Origin: Octopus vulgaris
Taxonomy: Eukaryota
Direction of reading: 5' to 3'
Length of the DNA: 64,000 nucleotides
Assembly (NCBI GenBank): GCA_951406725.2
Contig: OX597819.1
Span: forward strand, 12,338,001-12,402,000
Below are positions 24,828-38,440 of the stretch, piece after piece. The notes below the pieces were generated by a model. It worked only from the letters and a program-made list of their open reading frames with translations, was not told where the DNA came from and ran no database searches. The position numbers were made by a program, and so were the translations under genes. The first letter of the stretch is position 1. Each line of letters begins with the position of its first letter.

Positions 24828-26007
24828 GTTCTGGCATAGTTTCTATGGATGGATGCCCTTCCTAATACGAACCACTCTGCCTGCCTGCACCTTTTCTGTG
24901 TATTGTGTAGGGTCATTTACCTGATGGAAGAAGGGTCTTGTCCACTTTCTTGCTCACTTCTACCCACTTCTCTGCCACAAGTATTTCTAACCTGCCTACC
25001 CCATCACTTCTCCCTATCTAGAAGAATTTATATCTATGCCCTTTGCCCACGTGTTGTCTTGCATGCAGCAAACATCTGCATTTCAACAATCATCATCATC
25101 ATCGTCGTTGTCGTCATCATTGTCGTTTTATGTCTGCTTTCCATGCTGGCATGGGGTGGACGGTTTAACTGAGGACTGGTGAGCCAAGAGGCTGCACCAG
25201 GCTCCAATCTGATCTGGCAAGGTTTCTACAGCCGGATGCCCTTCCTAATGCCAACCACCCCGAGAGTGGAGTGGGTGCTTTTTATGTACCACCGACATGG
25301 GGAGCCAGTCAGGCAGCACTGTCATCGGCCACAACTATAATTTCCATTTTGATTTCGATCTTGATTTGATTTTGATTTTGATTGACATATATAGACATAC
25401 ACTTAAAAAATGTCAAGTAGTATATTCCTAGTTATGGCATAGAAGTTTACCATTTGTTTTGCGTCTAGTATTGCACTTGGAAATAGAGACAACTCATCAG
25501 ACATACTAACCAGTGTATCTAATGGACTGTCTGTATTCCCATATTTAGGAATAAGTTTCATGAAGGTGCTTGGATCAGTGGTCAGAGCATCGAGCTTACG
25601 AGCATGAGGTTGAGTTCGATTCCTGGGCTGGGCTGTGTGTTGTGTTCACTCAGCTGTAGAAATGAATTGCAATGTCACTGGTACCAAGCTGTGTTGGCTG
25701 TTGCCTTTCCCTTGGATAACATCAGTGGCGTGGAAAGGGGAGGCTGGTGTGCATGGGTGCTGCTGGTCTTCCACAAAAACAACCCCAAGTTGTGCGTTCG
25801 CCAGTGAGGCAACTTTCCACCCAGACTTGTACCCTGGAGGATGGACCTTTTAGGTGCACCCATGGTCATTTGTGGCCAACAGAGTCAAGAGAACTTTATG
25901 ACAATATAAAAGTATAACTATCCAAATTCTGCCGGCTTGCTGCCTTACACTGGATATATTAAAGAAGAATGAAGTGCATTTCAGCACTAAGTTTGTTTTT
26001 ATTGATA

Positions 26008-26397
26008 CCTCCGTGCCGGTGGCACGTAAAAAGCACCATCCGTTCGTGGTCGTTGCCAGCCTCGCCTGGCCCTCATGCCGGTGGCACGTAGAAAGCACCA
26101 TCCGTTCGTGGCCGTTGCCAGTGCCGCCCCGACTGGCCTCCGTGCTGGTGGCACGTAAAAGCAGCATCCGTTCATGGCCGTTTGCCAGCTCCGTCTGGCA
26201 CCTGTGCAGGTGGCACGTAAAAAGCACCCACTACACTCGTGGAGTGGTTGGCGTTAGGAAGGGCATCCAGCCGTAGAAACACTGCCAGATCAGACTGGGC
26301 CTGATGCAGCCTTCTGGCTTCACAGACCCCAGTTGAACCGTCCAACCTATGCTAGCATGGAAAGCGGACGCTAAATGATGATGATGATGATGATGAT
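26008..26397 (+). mobile_element. RTE 3' UTR/tail copy with four internal sub-repeats. Other tail copies at about 7585, 8837, 9596, 18192, 25090, 29496, 31500, 36652, 37133, 40848, 44826, 50461, 52965 and 56605
   Basis: GGTGGCACGTAAAAAGCACC units, then TTAGGAAGGGCATCCAG and a (GAT)n end. Confidence 0.85.
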
Positions 26398-26543
26398 TCA
26401 GTGATGTAGGATTTTTGTGTTTGCTTGTGAGGGGAACAAGTGAGATTAGCACAATGGAATTAGTATGGGAGTAAATATATTGTAAAAAGATATCTTTGTA
26501 ATAATTGTTTTCTCTAATGTTTTTCTCATGGTTATTGTTTCAG

Positions 26544-27881
26544 GCTAATCACTCTGAACTGGTAGAAAGCAACTTATTGACACCAACAAAAATAAGACGA
26601 ACAGATGGAAACACTTATAACATTCAAGGCACCTTGGCCCTTGCACATCATCATCCTGTGAACCAATCTAAAACAGCTTCTCAACTCTGGACAGGGGATA
26701 ACAAACAAAACCATTCTCAAGTCCATTCTGTGGTACCAGTGTCCCGAACAAACACGGCCCTGTTGGCTTCTGTTTTACCGAACAAAGACAAACCCCAAAT
26801 GAGGATCCAGGATGAACGTATTAAAAATCAAACAGTTTTCCATAACCGACACCAGTTGAACATGTCATTCCAACAAAGGAAAAAGCTGCAGCAGTTACAG
26901 AAAGTAGACAATTCTCTTGCAAGTTTGATGCCAAGGTCTTTACACGCTGCAGAAAGTTTGTCTTTCAAAAACCTCCAATCTTTGGGTCTAAATGCCAGCC
27001 CAGATGTTCATCTCAGTAAAAGGGGTGTAAATCCTTCTGAGCACCAGACTTCTAAAAATGGTTGTGCAGATACAGTGAAGCAATCTAGTCTGGTGAATTG
27101 TCCGGAAACTGATTCCAGATTACAAATAGACTACATGAAACTGTTTGAAGAAGCTTCAAAATTGCCACAAATGGGTTGTGATGTGTTTGTTCTTGTATCA
27201 TATCCTGGCTGTAAACCAGCTTACTGGGGCACCAAAAAATATGTACAGAAATTTGAAAATTCTGAGTGTTTGCAGCCTTATGTTGCTTCAAATTGTCTTT
27301 CTGTGAAGTTAAAAGACTCTTCTTTGTCTCCTAAAAACTTGAATCATTCTGAATCAGAAACAGACAATAGACTTGGTAAATTAAGAATTTCAAACTCAGC
27401 AAATAATAATAAAAGTGTAGTGACTCTGAAGAAGGAACCGATGGAGGATGATTCTCCAGACAATAATAACAGAATCCCAGAAGTCACAATAAAAGACGAA
27501 ATCCTTGAAGATGTAATTATTAGAGACTCTACTGGACTTGCTAATGGTAACCGTGACTTAACAGAAACTATAAGGAACTCCGTAAATGGAATTAACAATT
27601 CCAGGGGGCAGAGTTTACAAAAAGACAATACATTTAAAAATTCTTTGCAAAGAACTATAGAAGAACAGTACAAATCCATGTACAGAACACAAGAGAACTC
27701 AATGTCCTTTGACCAAATTATACCTCAGACTAGCAGAAGGAAAGACAAGAGATCCGTTGCTGATGAGATGACATGTCATAATAAAGATACAAAAAATATT
27801 GGGGGGAATTCAAACGGGACGTTATCAACTCCAGTTTATGTCAAAATAGAATCTTTGGCTGATGATCTTGAAAACAGATAA
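26544..27881 (+). CDS. Gene B terminal coding exon (445 aa): N/S/Q-rich region, MADS-like segment and SUMO consensus sites
   Basis: TTGTTTCAG acceptor in phase 0, compatible with the 16740 donor. 1.3 kb open frame, psi-K-x-E motifs LKKE, IKDE and VKIE, possible ATTAAA polyA signal at 28011. Confidence 0.75.
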   Translation, partial: ANHSELVESNLLTPTKIRRTDGNTYNIQGTLALAHHHPVNQSKTASQLWTGDNKQNHSQVHSVVPVSRTNTALLASVLPNKDKPQMRIQDERIKNQTVFHNRHQLNMSFQQRKKLQQLQKVDNSLASLMPRSLHAAESLSFKNLQSLGLNASPDVHLSKRGVNPSEHQTSKNGCADTVKQSSLVNCPETDSRLQIDYMKLFEEASKLPQMGCDVFVLVSYPGCKPAYWGTKKYVQKFENSECLQPYVASNCLSVKLKDSSLSPKNLNHSESETDNRLGKLRISNSANNNKSVVTLKKEPMEDDSPDNNNRIPEVTIKDEILEDVIIRDSTGLANGNRDLTETIRNSVNGINNSRGQSLQKDNTFKNSLQRTIEEQYKSMYRTQENSMSFDQIIPQTSRRKDKRSVADEMTCHNKDTKNIGGNSNGTLSTPVYVKIESLADDLENR

Positions 27882-28084
27882 TAACTTTATGGCAGTGTGA
27901 TAGACTGTGTCTAAGTTTATCATATTGGTGAGGTGGAGAGGGGTTTTTAAATGTACTAATTTCCATTATTTCCCTTTGTAAAGGCAGATCATGTAATATC
28001 TGTGAAGCACATTAAATACTTTTACAAATAGCAAGTTAGTGTTAACGTTTTTAATGCAGGGAGCATTCAAAAGTTAATCAGAAA

Positions 28085-28375
28085 TCATCATCATTGTTCG
28101 ATCGTGGTCGAGACAATGGAATTTACTATGTTATGCCAGACTTTACGGTCCATCATAGCATTACGGAGGTCTTGTTGCTGGATGCCTGTATCCCTGGAGA
28201 TTACATCAGGGTAGGAGAATATGCACCCTCTGGTATCGCGAGCAGATGGCTTCCAGAGGAGAAGAGTAGAAATTACCTCGTTTTCAGCTCTACAACAATG
28301 TCCAGCAAACTGGACTCTTCTACCTTTCACAAGAGATGATACAGGCGGTAATTTCCCATATATTTGTACTTTGGT
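28085..28375 (-). mobile_element. RTE/RTEX-like LINE 3' fragment
   Basis: RRVQFAGHCCR...LLLWKP...YPDVISRDTG...AMMDRKVW, followed by a short GAT tail. Confidence 0.7.
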
Positions 28376-28892
28376 GGGAAATAAATTAGAAATTATCCTG
28401 TGGTGGAAGGGAAATAGTATGAATCCCTAATGATATTTGAATTAGTTTGGTAAGTACAGGGAGGCAACTCTGCACAGATTTGGTTTTATAACATCGTCAG
28501 CAAAACAGTTTTACCATAATTATTTCAAGTTAACTTTTAATATTCCCTCTATTAAATATGTTAACACCAACTTAACTATTGTTTCTCGTATGAATGACGT
28601 CTCTGAGTTATTTATTCCTGTTGACTTTGATTGTGATTTTCAATATTTTAATACATTTTATTGGTCGCGATTTCGTTTGACTCTCAATACTCCTGGAAGA
28701 CACAAATGTGGGAGCTCATATGGTTTTGTGTTTACAGTTGAAAGTAACGATGCTTGCACCAATTAGTGAGCCATAAACACAAAACTATACACTGCTCACT
28801 TTTGTGCCGTCCAGGGATAAAGGTAAACAATCATATCCACTAAAGCATACGCGCAGCTTCAGAGGGTTGAACCATTCTTAAAATTGCTATAT

Positions 28893-29268
28893 ACTCTTTT
28901 ACTTGTTTCAGTCATTTGACTGCAGCCATGCTGGAGCACCGCCTTTAGTCGAGCAAATTGACCCCGGAATTTATTCTTTGTAAGCCCAGTACTTATTCTA
29001 TCGGTCTCTTTTGCCGAACCGCTAAGTGACGGGGATGTAAACACACCAGCATAGGTTGTCAGGCAATGCTAGGGGGACAAACACAGACACACAAACACAT
29101 ACGTATATATATATACATATATACGACAGGCTTCTTTCAGTTTCCGTCTAGCATTGGTCGGCCTGGGGCTATAGCAGAAGACACTTGCCCAAGATGCCAC
29201 GCAGTGGGACTGAACCCGGAACCGTGTGGTTGGTTAGTAAGCTACTTACCACACAGCCACTCCTGTGC
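28893..29268 (-). mobile_element. SINE family 1 copy
   Basis: Reverse complement of the consensus with a small internal deletion. Confidence 0.85.
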
Positions 29269-29459
29269 CATATGCGTAATATTGTTAGTGAAGTGCCAAA
29301 CAATTTAAGCATCGATGACAAATTTGAATCTCCATTAGAATGTCTTAGATGTTATTGTTGCTGTTGATAAGATTATAAACTTTCCACTTCAACCTCAGAG
29401 ATAATCGTATTTTTGATATTTATATCTTTACATTATGCATTGACTAGTTTCATCTCTGA

Positions 29460-29497
<38 letters not shown>

Positions 29498-29719
29498 TCA
29501 TCATCATCATCGTTTAACGTCCGCTTTCCATGCTAGCATGGGTTGGACGGTTCAACTGGGGTCTGGGAAGCCCGAGGGCTGCACCAGGCCAGTCAGATCT
29601 GGCAGTGTTTCTACAGCTTGATGCCCTTCCTAACGCCAACCACTCCGTGAGTGTAGTGGGTGCTTTTTATGTGCCACTGACACAGGTATATATAATATTG
29701 AGCATATTGTATGCAGTGT

Positions 29720-30130
29720 TCAGGTGCACCACAACTCATTACAAAAGGTAAAAAGGGGGAACAGAAAGCAGACATAACGAAAGACAGCGAAGAAAGCTAG
29801 AAATACCTGCACAGTACACAGAATAGGGAACATTAAAAGAGTCTTAAAGAGGAAAGGGTGTTTAAGTTTGTCAGGAATAAAGTTGGTGAACTTCAGGAAG
29901 CATGGAATCTTTGAAGGATGCAGTGTCCTGACAACTAACAACTGAATGTGGGTAGTTTGTTCTATGGTTTATTAATTCTAAGTGTGAAAAAATGTCTCTG
30001 AAAGTCTTGGGTGTTGTGCTGTTTTTTGTTAATTTTATACACCTGTGCAAGAGTGGTAGAGCTGTTGAATTCAAAATGGTGGTCAAAGCTGTTATTGGAA
30101 AGATGGTGGATAATCTTGTGTGCTTCTTCC
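29720..30130 (-). mobile_element. Degenerate CR1-like LINE 3' fragment
   Basis: Frameshifted 'HFFTLRINKP*NKLP / HSVVSCQDTASFK' resembles the CR1 RT end FF..R....WN.LP..VV......FK. Confidence 0.5.
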
Positions 30131-31086
30131 AAGTCAGTTGCTCAATGCTGAAACTTTAGTGTATTTGATGCCTAGAGAAGCAATACGTTCAAGACACATT
30201 CATCACCAAGTATGTATCACGATTCCTCTTTGTGTACATTGTACCAGCCTGGAATTGAACTTTGAAATTTTCTTTACCGACCAAATCCATTACTGACCAA
30301 ATTTTTAATATAATTTATTACCAAAAATCTTTTTTTATACAACTTTATCTGATACTAAATATATAAAAAAAATTTTATTACAGTATTTGAAAGACATTCC
30401 AGTCTTGAAGACTAACTAAAGGTATCTCAGAAAAAAATACAGATGTTGCAGAAATATGATGGATTGTCCTTCTAGTCCTAAAAAATGGACCATGGGGCGC
30501 TAATGGGTTAAGAGTGGTGTAAATAATTTTCAAAAGTATTCGTCTCAAAGATGAAGTTAATTGTCTGAAACAGATTTAAGCTATATAAATGAATAATATA
30601 GAATCCATACTTTAAGAAGTTTTATGTATTCGTGGATCATACCTTTGCTTTTATGGCATAAAATGATTCATCTCATATATCATCATCATCATTTTACTTT
30701 CATTTTACCATATATGCAATGATTGGTCAGGCCTTCTCCAAAACATCTGGTTATCTCCTTTATAAGTTTCTTTATCCTACAATCAGTTTTCTTCTTTACC
30801 CAACAGTCCACATACATCCATGCACATCACACACCCACACCAGTTAGTGTCTTCTTTTGCACCCAAGTCTTCTCTCTTCTGTATTCACATTAAGGGGAAA
30901 CATTTTCACCTCATTTCTTTCTAACTTTCTCATGTCTTTTCCATCCAAACCCTCCTTCATCACGCAATCTACCTTTCATTAATTAAGAGGGGAAATGTCT
31001 TTGTTACCTGCTGAGGTAATAACTCATGGAACTTAGTCCACTCTGATTTTCAATTTGGTTACTATGCTAGCTGAAGTATTCACCTT

Positions 31087-31380
31087 CAACAGCTTGGGTT
31101 TCAGAGAACCACAGCTCTTCAACATCCTCCCTAAATGCCTGAGAGACTTGCATGTTGTGGACGTGGGTTTCTTTAAAACTAAACTGGATCTCTTCTTGTA
31201 GGGGGTCCCAGATGAACCTACCTCACGGCAGGAGACACAGATGTGGGCAGCGGCATCGAACTCCCTTGTTTACCAAGTGCCATGTATAAGAAGTGGATTT
31301 GCATATTAGTGTAGCTCATTCAGCGTTGGTGCCCCAGCATGGCCACAGCCTTCGGGCTGAAACATTTTTAAGGATTTAAG
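31087..31380 (+). mobile_element. CR1/L2-group LINE 3' fragment
   Basis: NSLGFREPQLFNILPKCLR...FKTKLDLFL.GVPDEP; homologous to 42856-43131. Confidence 0.75.
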
Positions 31381-31381
31381 A

Positions 31382-33458
<2,077 letters not shown>

Positions 33459-33470
33459 TGTGTATATATA

Positions 33471-33585
<115 letters not shown>

Positions 33586-33622
33586 GTATATATATGTATA
33601 TATATATATGTATATATATATG

Positions 33623-33691
<69 letters not shown>

Positions 33692-33755
33692 GTGTATATG
33701 TATATATATGTGTATATATATATATATATGTGTATATATGTATGTCTATATGTAT

Positions 33756-33787
<32 letters not shown>

Positions 33788-33809
33788 ATATGTATGTATA
33801 TATATATAT

Positions 33810-34205
33810 TGTGAAGGGAAGGAGACTCCGGCAGAAACCAAGGCTGCGATTTAAGGACTGTGTTAAGTCCTCGTTAAAGGCCTTTGATATGCAGGACACT
33901 GACTGGGAGAACAATGCCTGTCATCGCCACAGATGGAGGAAGCAGGTTAAGGAGGGGATCGACACTTTTGAGAGAGCACGTATCCAGCATGAAGAACTTA
34001 AGCGAGCTGCGCGAAAGCGCACGGCTCGTATAGTGAATGGGGAAAGCTTGGTCTGCAATGTTTGCAGTCGTGTATGCTTGTCAAGAGCAGGGCTCATTAG
34101 CCACCAACGGAGTCACAAATGCAAAATATAAGTTAGTCCTAGAGCGCACAATGTTCCTGAAGGTCGGCAATGGTCTTCCTCGGTCACGAGTGGACGGCCA
34201 TCATA
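33810..34205 (+). mobile_element. RTE/BovB-type LINE 3' end with a C-terminal C2H2 finger
   Basis: [15 protein letters not shown]...W...W..., then [21 protein letters not shown]. Confidence 0.85.
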
Positions 34206-35790
34206 TATGTAAAAAGTAAAAAATATATACAAACTGGGACAAGAACGTGAAACACCTAGGAGACAACACAAGAACCACAGGACGGGACATTCGAAGCCCT
34301 CAGTCATCAGTCAAGAACCAGATCATCTTCGCAATTTCGGCTGATTAATCTTGAGATTGCTCCGACCTGGGCAGCCCCCAAGGGAAATCTAAGCCAAGCG
34401 CATTAAATCCCTTGGAAGAAAGCTTCGAATGTATACAACACAAGGACGGAAAACGAACGATGTACACGAATAAAAATACAGAAATATGTGAAAACAATAA
34501 GGAAAGCACGAATAAGAATACAAAAACGTAAAAACAATAACGGTAAGGATAAAAAACAAAACCAGGACGTAGGACAAGGGTCTTTCGACAGGACGAGTTG
34601 AGTTGGGGCTGGCTTATGGAGTTGTATATATGTATATATATATCAGATCACCATTTCAACTTCTACATTTCCATGCTTGCATGGGTTGAACAGAATTTTG
34701 GTGAGGCAGACCTTCTATAGCTTCCTGTCCCCAACTCTTGCCTCTTTCCACACAAAGTAATATTTAACCATGACCAGGTGTGTTATTCTTGAAAGACTGC
34801 AAAGAACACTGCTTGCACAACAGTGACATTCATTTACGACATTTACAGATCGATAAATCTTTCAGGGGTCGATAAATTAAGTACCAGTTACGCACTGGGG
34901 TTGATCTAATCGACTGGCCTCTTCCCACCAAATTTCGGGCCTTGTGCCTAGAGCAGAAAAGAATATTTAAATGCTATTATTTATAGCTTTATGTGTGTGC
35001 TTCAAGAATCACTATTCCAAAAACAGAATTATTTAACCTTCTTTCAAAAGTTTATAAAAGTCTTATGACATCAATGTTATATACATCTTTTACTTGTTCT
35101 ACAGTACAGTACTTCATTTCTCTATGTAGAACCGTTTTGTTTCACTCAGTAAACTCTGGCTATGCTGGAGCAGTATCTTGAAGAATTTTAGTTGAACAAA
35201 TTGACCCCATACTTATTTTTTTAAAGCCTGATGCTATTCTATTGGTCTCTTTTGCCGAACTGCAAAGTTACTAGAGCTGATTTGTCCAGCTAAAATACTT
35301 CAAGATGGTGCCCCAGCATGGCCACACTCTAATGATTGAAACAAGTAGTAAAAGACATTGTTTACAGGTTACTAGTTCAAACCAGTTCAGCTCTGCAGCT
35401 GCTTCTGCTGCTGGTTCAGTGTTGTTTCAAAAGAGAACGTCTATTCTTAGACTTCCTTTGTTTACCTTCGCTGTCAGAACTCGAGACCTTATCATCTTGG
35501 AATGTTTAGAATCTGCCAGCTATGTTGATTCACCTTGGCATTGAATGCAACCTTTAGTTCTCCTTCTAAGCGGTCTGTAACGGCTGGAATGTATACAGCT
35601 CATTTCATATTAAACTGATCACATACATACACAAACACACTCACTTCAAGCCGTAGATGACTTTCATACCTCAACTATGTTTGTGAAGATTTGCTGCCTC
35701 TCTGCTGGTAATAAATATATATCATCTAGAGATGATACAATTACACTGACAAGATAGGAATTGTGAATTAACTGCAAGAATGTTCAATGT

Positions 35791-35956
35791 AGGCGCAGGA
35801 GTGGCTGTGTGGTAAGTAGCTTGCTAACCAACCGCATGGTTCCGGGTTCAGTCCCACTGCGTGGCACAATGGGCGAGTGTCTTCTGCTATAGCCCCGGGC
35901 CGACCAATGCCTTGTGAGTGGATTTGGTAGACGGAAACTGAAAGAAGCCTGTCGTA

Positions 35957-36005
<49 letters not shown>

Positions 36006-36218
36006 TTGTGTGTCTGTGTTTGTCCCCCTAGCATTGCTTGACAACTGATGCTGGTGTGTTTACGTCCCCGTCACTTAGCGGTTCGGCAAAAGAGACCGAT
36101 AGAATAAGTACTGGGCTTACATAGAATAAGTCCCGGGGTCGATTTGCTTGACTAAAGGCGGTGATCCAGCATGGCCGCAGTCAAAATGACTGAAACAAGT
36201 AAAAGAGAAAAGAGAGAG
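35791..36218 (+). mobile_element. SINE family 1 copy
   Basis: Full-length match. Confidence 0.9.
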
Positions 36219-37840
36219 TAGTAAAAACATATCAGACATCATAAAGTATCAAACTAAGGCAAAATGAAGGGGAATAAATAGGAAAAAAAGATGTGGCTCA
36301 AATGTTCCTTCTGTAATTTCTCAACATAAACAACAAACTGAAGCCAAACACCTGGTTATGTTGGATTGTAGTGAAATACCCATTCTGCTAAAAGATTCTT
36401 CTTCTCTTCACCATCACCATCTTCTAATGTCCATTTTCCATATTGACACAGGCTGAATGGTTTGACAGATTCCAGTGGTTTTGTTAAGGTTTTTTTCTAC
36501 AGAAATTATAGTCAGCAACCCATTGGTTCTACAGAAATTATAGCTCCAACCCATTGGAAACCAACTCTCATCTTACTTTCAACTTTTCTAAATTAAAACC
36601 TTCCATTAAAATCTCTTGTTAATTTATCTTCCAAAGTTATTTTACTAAATTCATCATCATCATCATTTAACGTCCGCTTTCCATGCTAGCATGGGTTGGA
36701 CGATTTTGACTGAGGGCTGGCGAACCAGACGGCTGCACCAGACTCCAATCTTGATCTGGCAGAGTTTCTACAGCTGGATGCCCTTCCTAACGCCAACCAC
36801 TCTGAGAGTGTAGTGGTTGCTTTTTACATGCCACCGGGCCGGAAGCCCGTTAGCTGCTTTGGCAACGATCACGCTTGGATGGTGCTCTTGGCACCCTACT
36901 AGCACGGGCACAAGTGCCAGTAGGTGCTTTTTAAAATTAAATGAAACAAAAGCTAAAATGTGGTAATGAAAGGTTTTACAGGTTCGTGAGTCAAAGCTGG
37001 AGTTCAATGTTTTCAACAAAATCTCAAAGACAGAAATTTGTTCTGTTTTTCCTTTTCTTGGTTGAATTTAATACTTTATAAGTATTTCGTGAATAAAAGT
37101 AACAACAACAACCGCCGCTGCCACCGCACCTTCATCATCATACATCCGTTTTCCATGCTGGCATGGGTTGGATGGTTTGACTGGGGTCTGGAAAGCCAAT
37201 GGCTGCACCAGGCTCCAATCTGGTCTGGCAAGGTTTCTACAGCTAGATGCCCTTCCTGACGCCAACCACTCCAAGAGTATAGTGGGTGCTTTTTACATGC
37301 CACCGGCACAGGAGCCAGTCAGGTGGCATCGATCATGTTTGGATAGTGCTTTTTACATGCCACTGGCATTGACCACGTTTAGGGGCACTGACACCAATCA
37401 CGTTCGGATCATGTTTTTTACATGGAACTGATAATTATTTGCTTGGTGGTAGGCGTTTCTTCTGACTAATCTACAACTTCAAACTGATGCAGAATAGAAA
37501 AACCATCCACGTAACCGACCTTGTTCACAAAGATATCGTATAAACATTTCAATAATAATTAAATATTACCAAATATAAGAACACATTAAAAATAGATTTT
37601 TCACAGAGTATTTTTCTTTTTATTTTATAGAATTTTCAAAGATTTTTTTTTTTTAAATTTAAAAAAAAACTTTTTTTCCACTTGAAACATTTTTTTTTTA
37701 AGAAACGACAATTTCTTTAATCTCCTCGCCTGCCCAAAGAAAACAATGGTTTTGCTCACACAGAATAATGGAAAAGAAGAAATAATAGGAAAATGTCAAA
37801 CAAAAAAATGATATTTTTTTGTCAAACATACATACAAACA

Positions 37841-37910
<70 letters not shown>

Positions 37911-37922
37911 AGTATATATATA

Positions 37923-37967
<45 letters not shown>

Positions 37968-38440
37968 ATGCCCTTTAAAGCCAGGTTTCAGTGATATGGT
38001 CAATTTAATGAATGAGAATGAATATATGATTGGTAGGGTGTGTGTTGATGGGGTGTATGTATCAGTGTATGTATCAGTGTGTGTGTGTGTGTGTGTGTGT
38101 GTTTGAAGAAATCCAGAAAAACTTCAGTAAAAACTATTCACAACAACATATTTTTCAAAGAATCAGAATTAAGGTTGTGAATATTAAAATATTCTTTGTC
38201 AAATTTAGAAGAAAATAGATGATAAAGGCAACATTTTCGTCTCAACAGAGTACGACGGATTATCATTATTATTATTATTATTATTATTATTTCAAAGGGC
38301 TAAATGTGGTACTTCTCTAATACTGAACCATAAACAAATAAAAAACAAAGGAAAAAAGAAATAGTAGAAAAAGACCCAATGAAGTGACCCTATTGAGAGA
38401 TAAAAATGTGAAAATGAAGCAGGGTTGATGTAATGGGAGC

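Noticed and set aside
26008-26230. Repeat-spacer pattern resembling a CRISPR array
   Set aside because: The units are sub-repeats of an RTE 3' UTR dispersed across the window. The spacers are related to each other, there are no cas genes, and the context is eukaryotic.
34285-34315. Minus-strand CTGATGA...GAA as a hammerhead (also a decayed look-alike at ~49985-50015)
   Set aside because: No convincing stem II or GAAA core at 34.3 kb, and the CUGANGA box is broken at 50.0 kb.
35367-35544. Possible exon VTSSNQFSSAAASAAG...
   Set aside because: No recognisable domain, no partner exons and only a weak acceptor.
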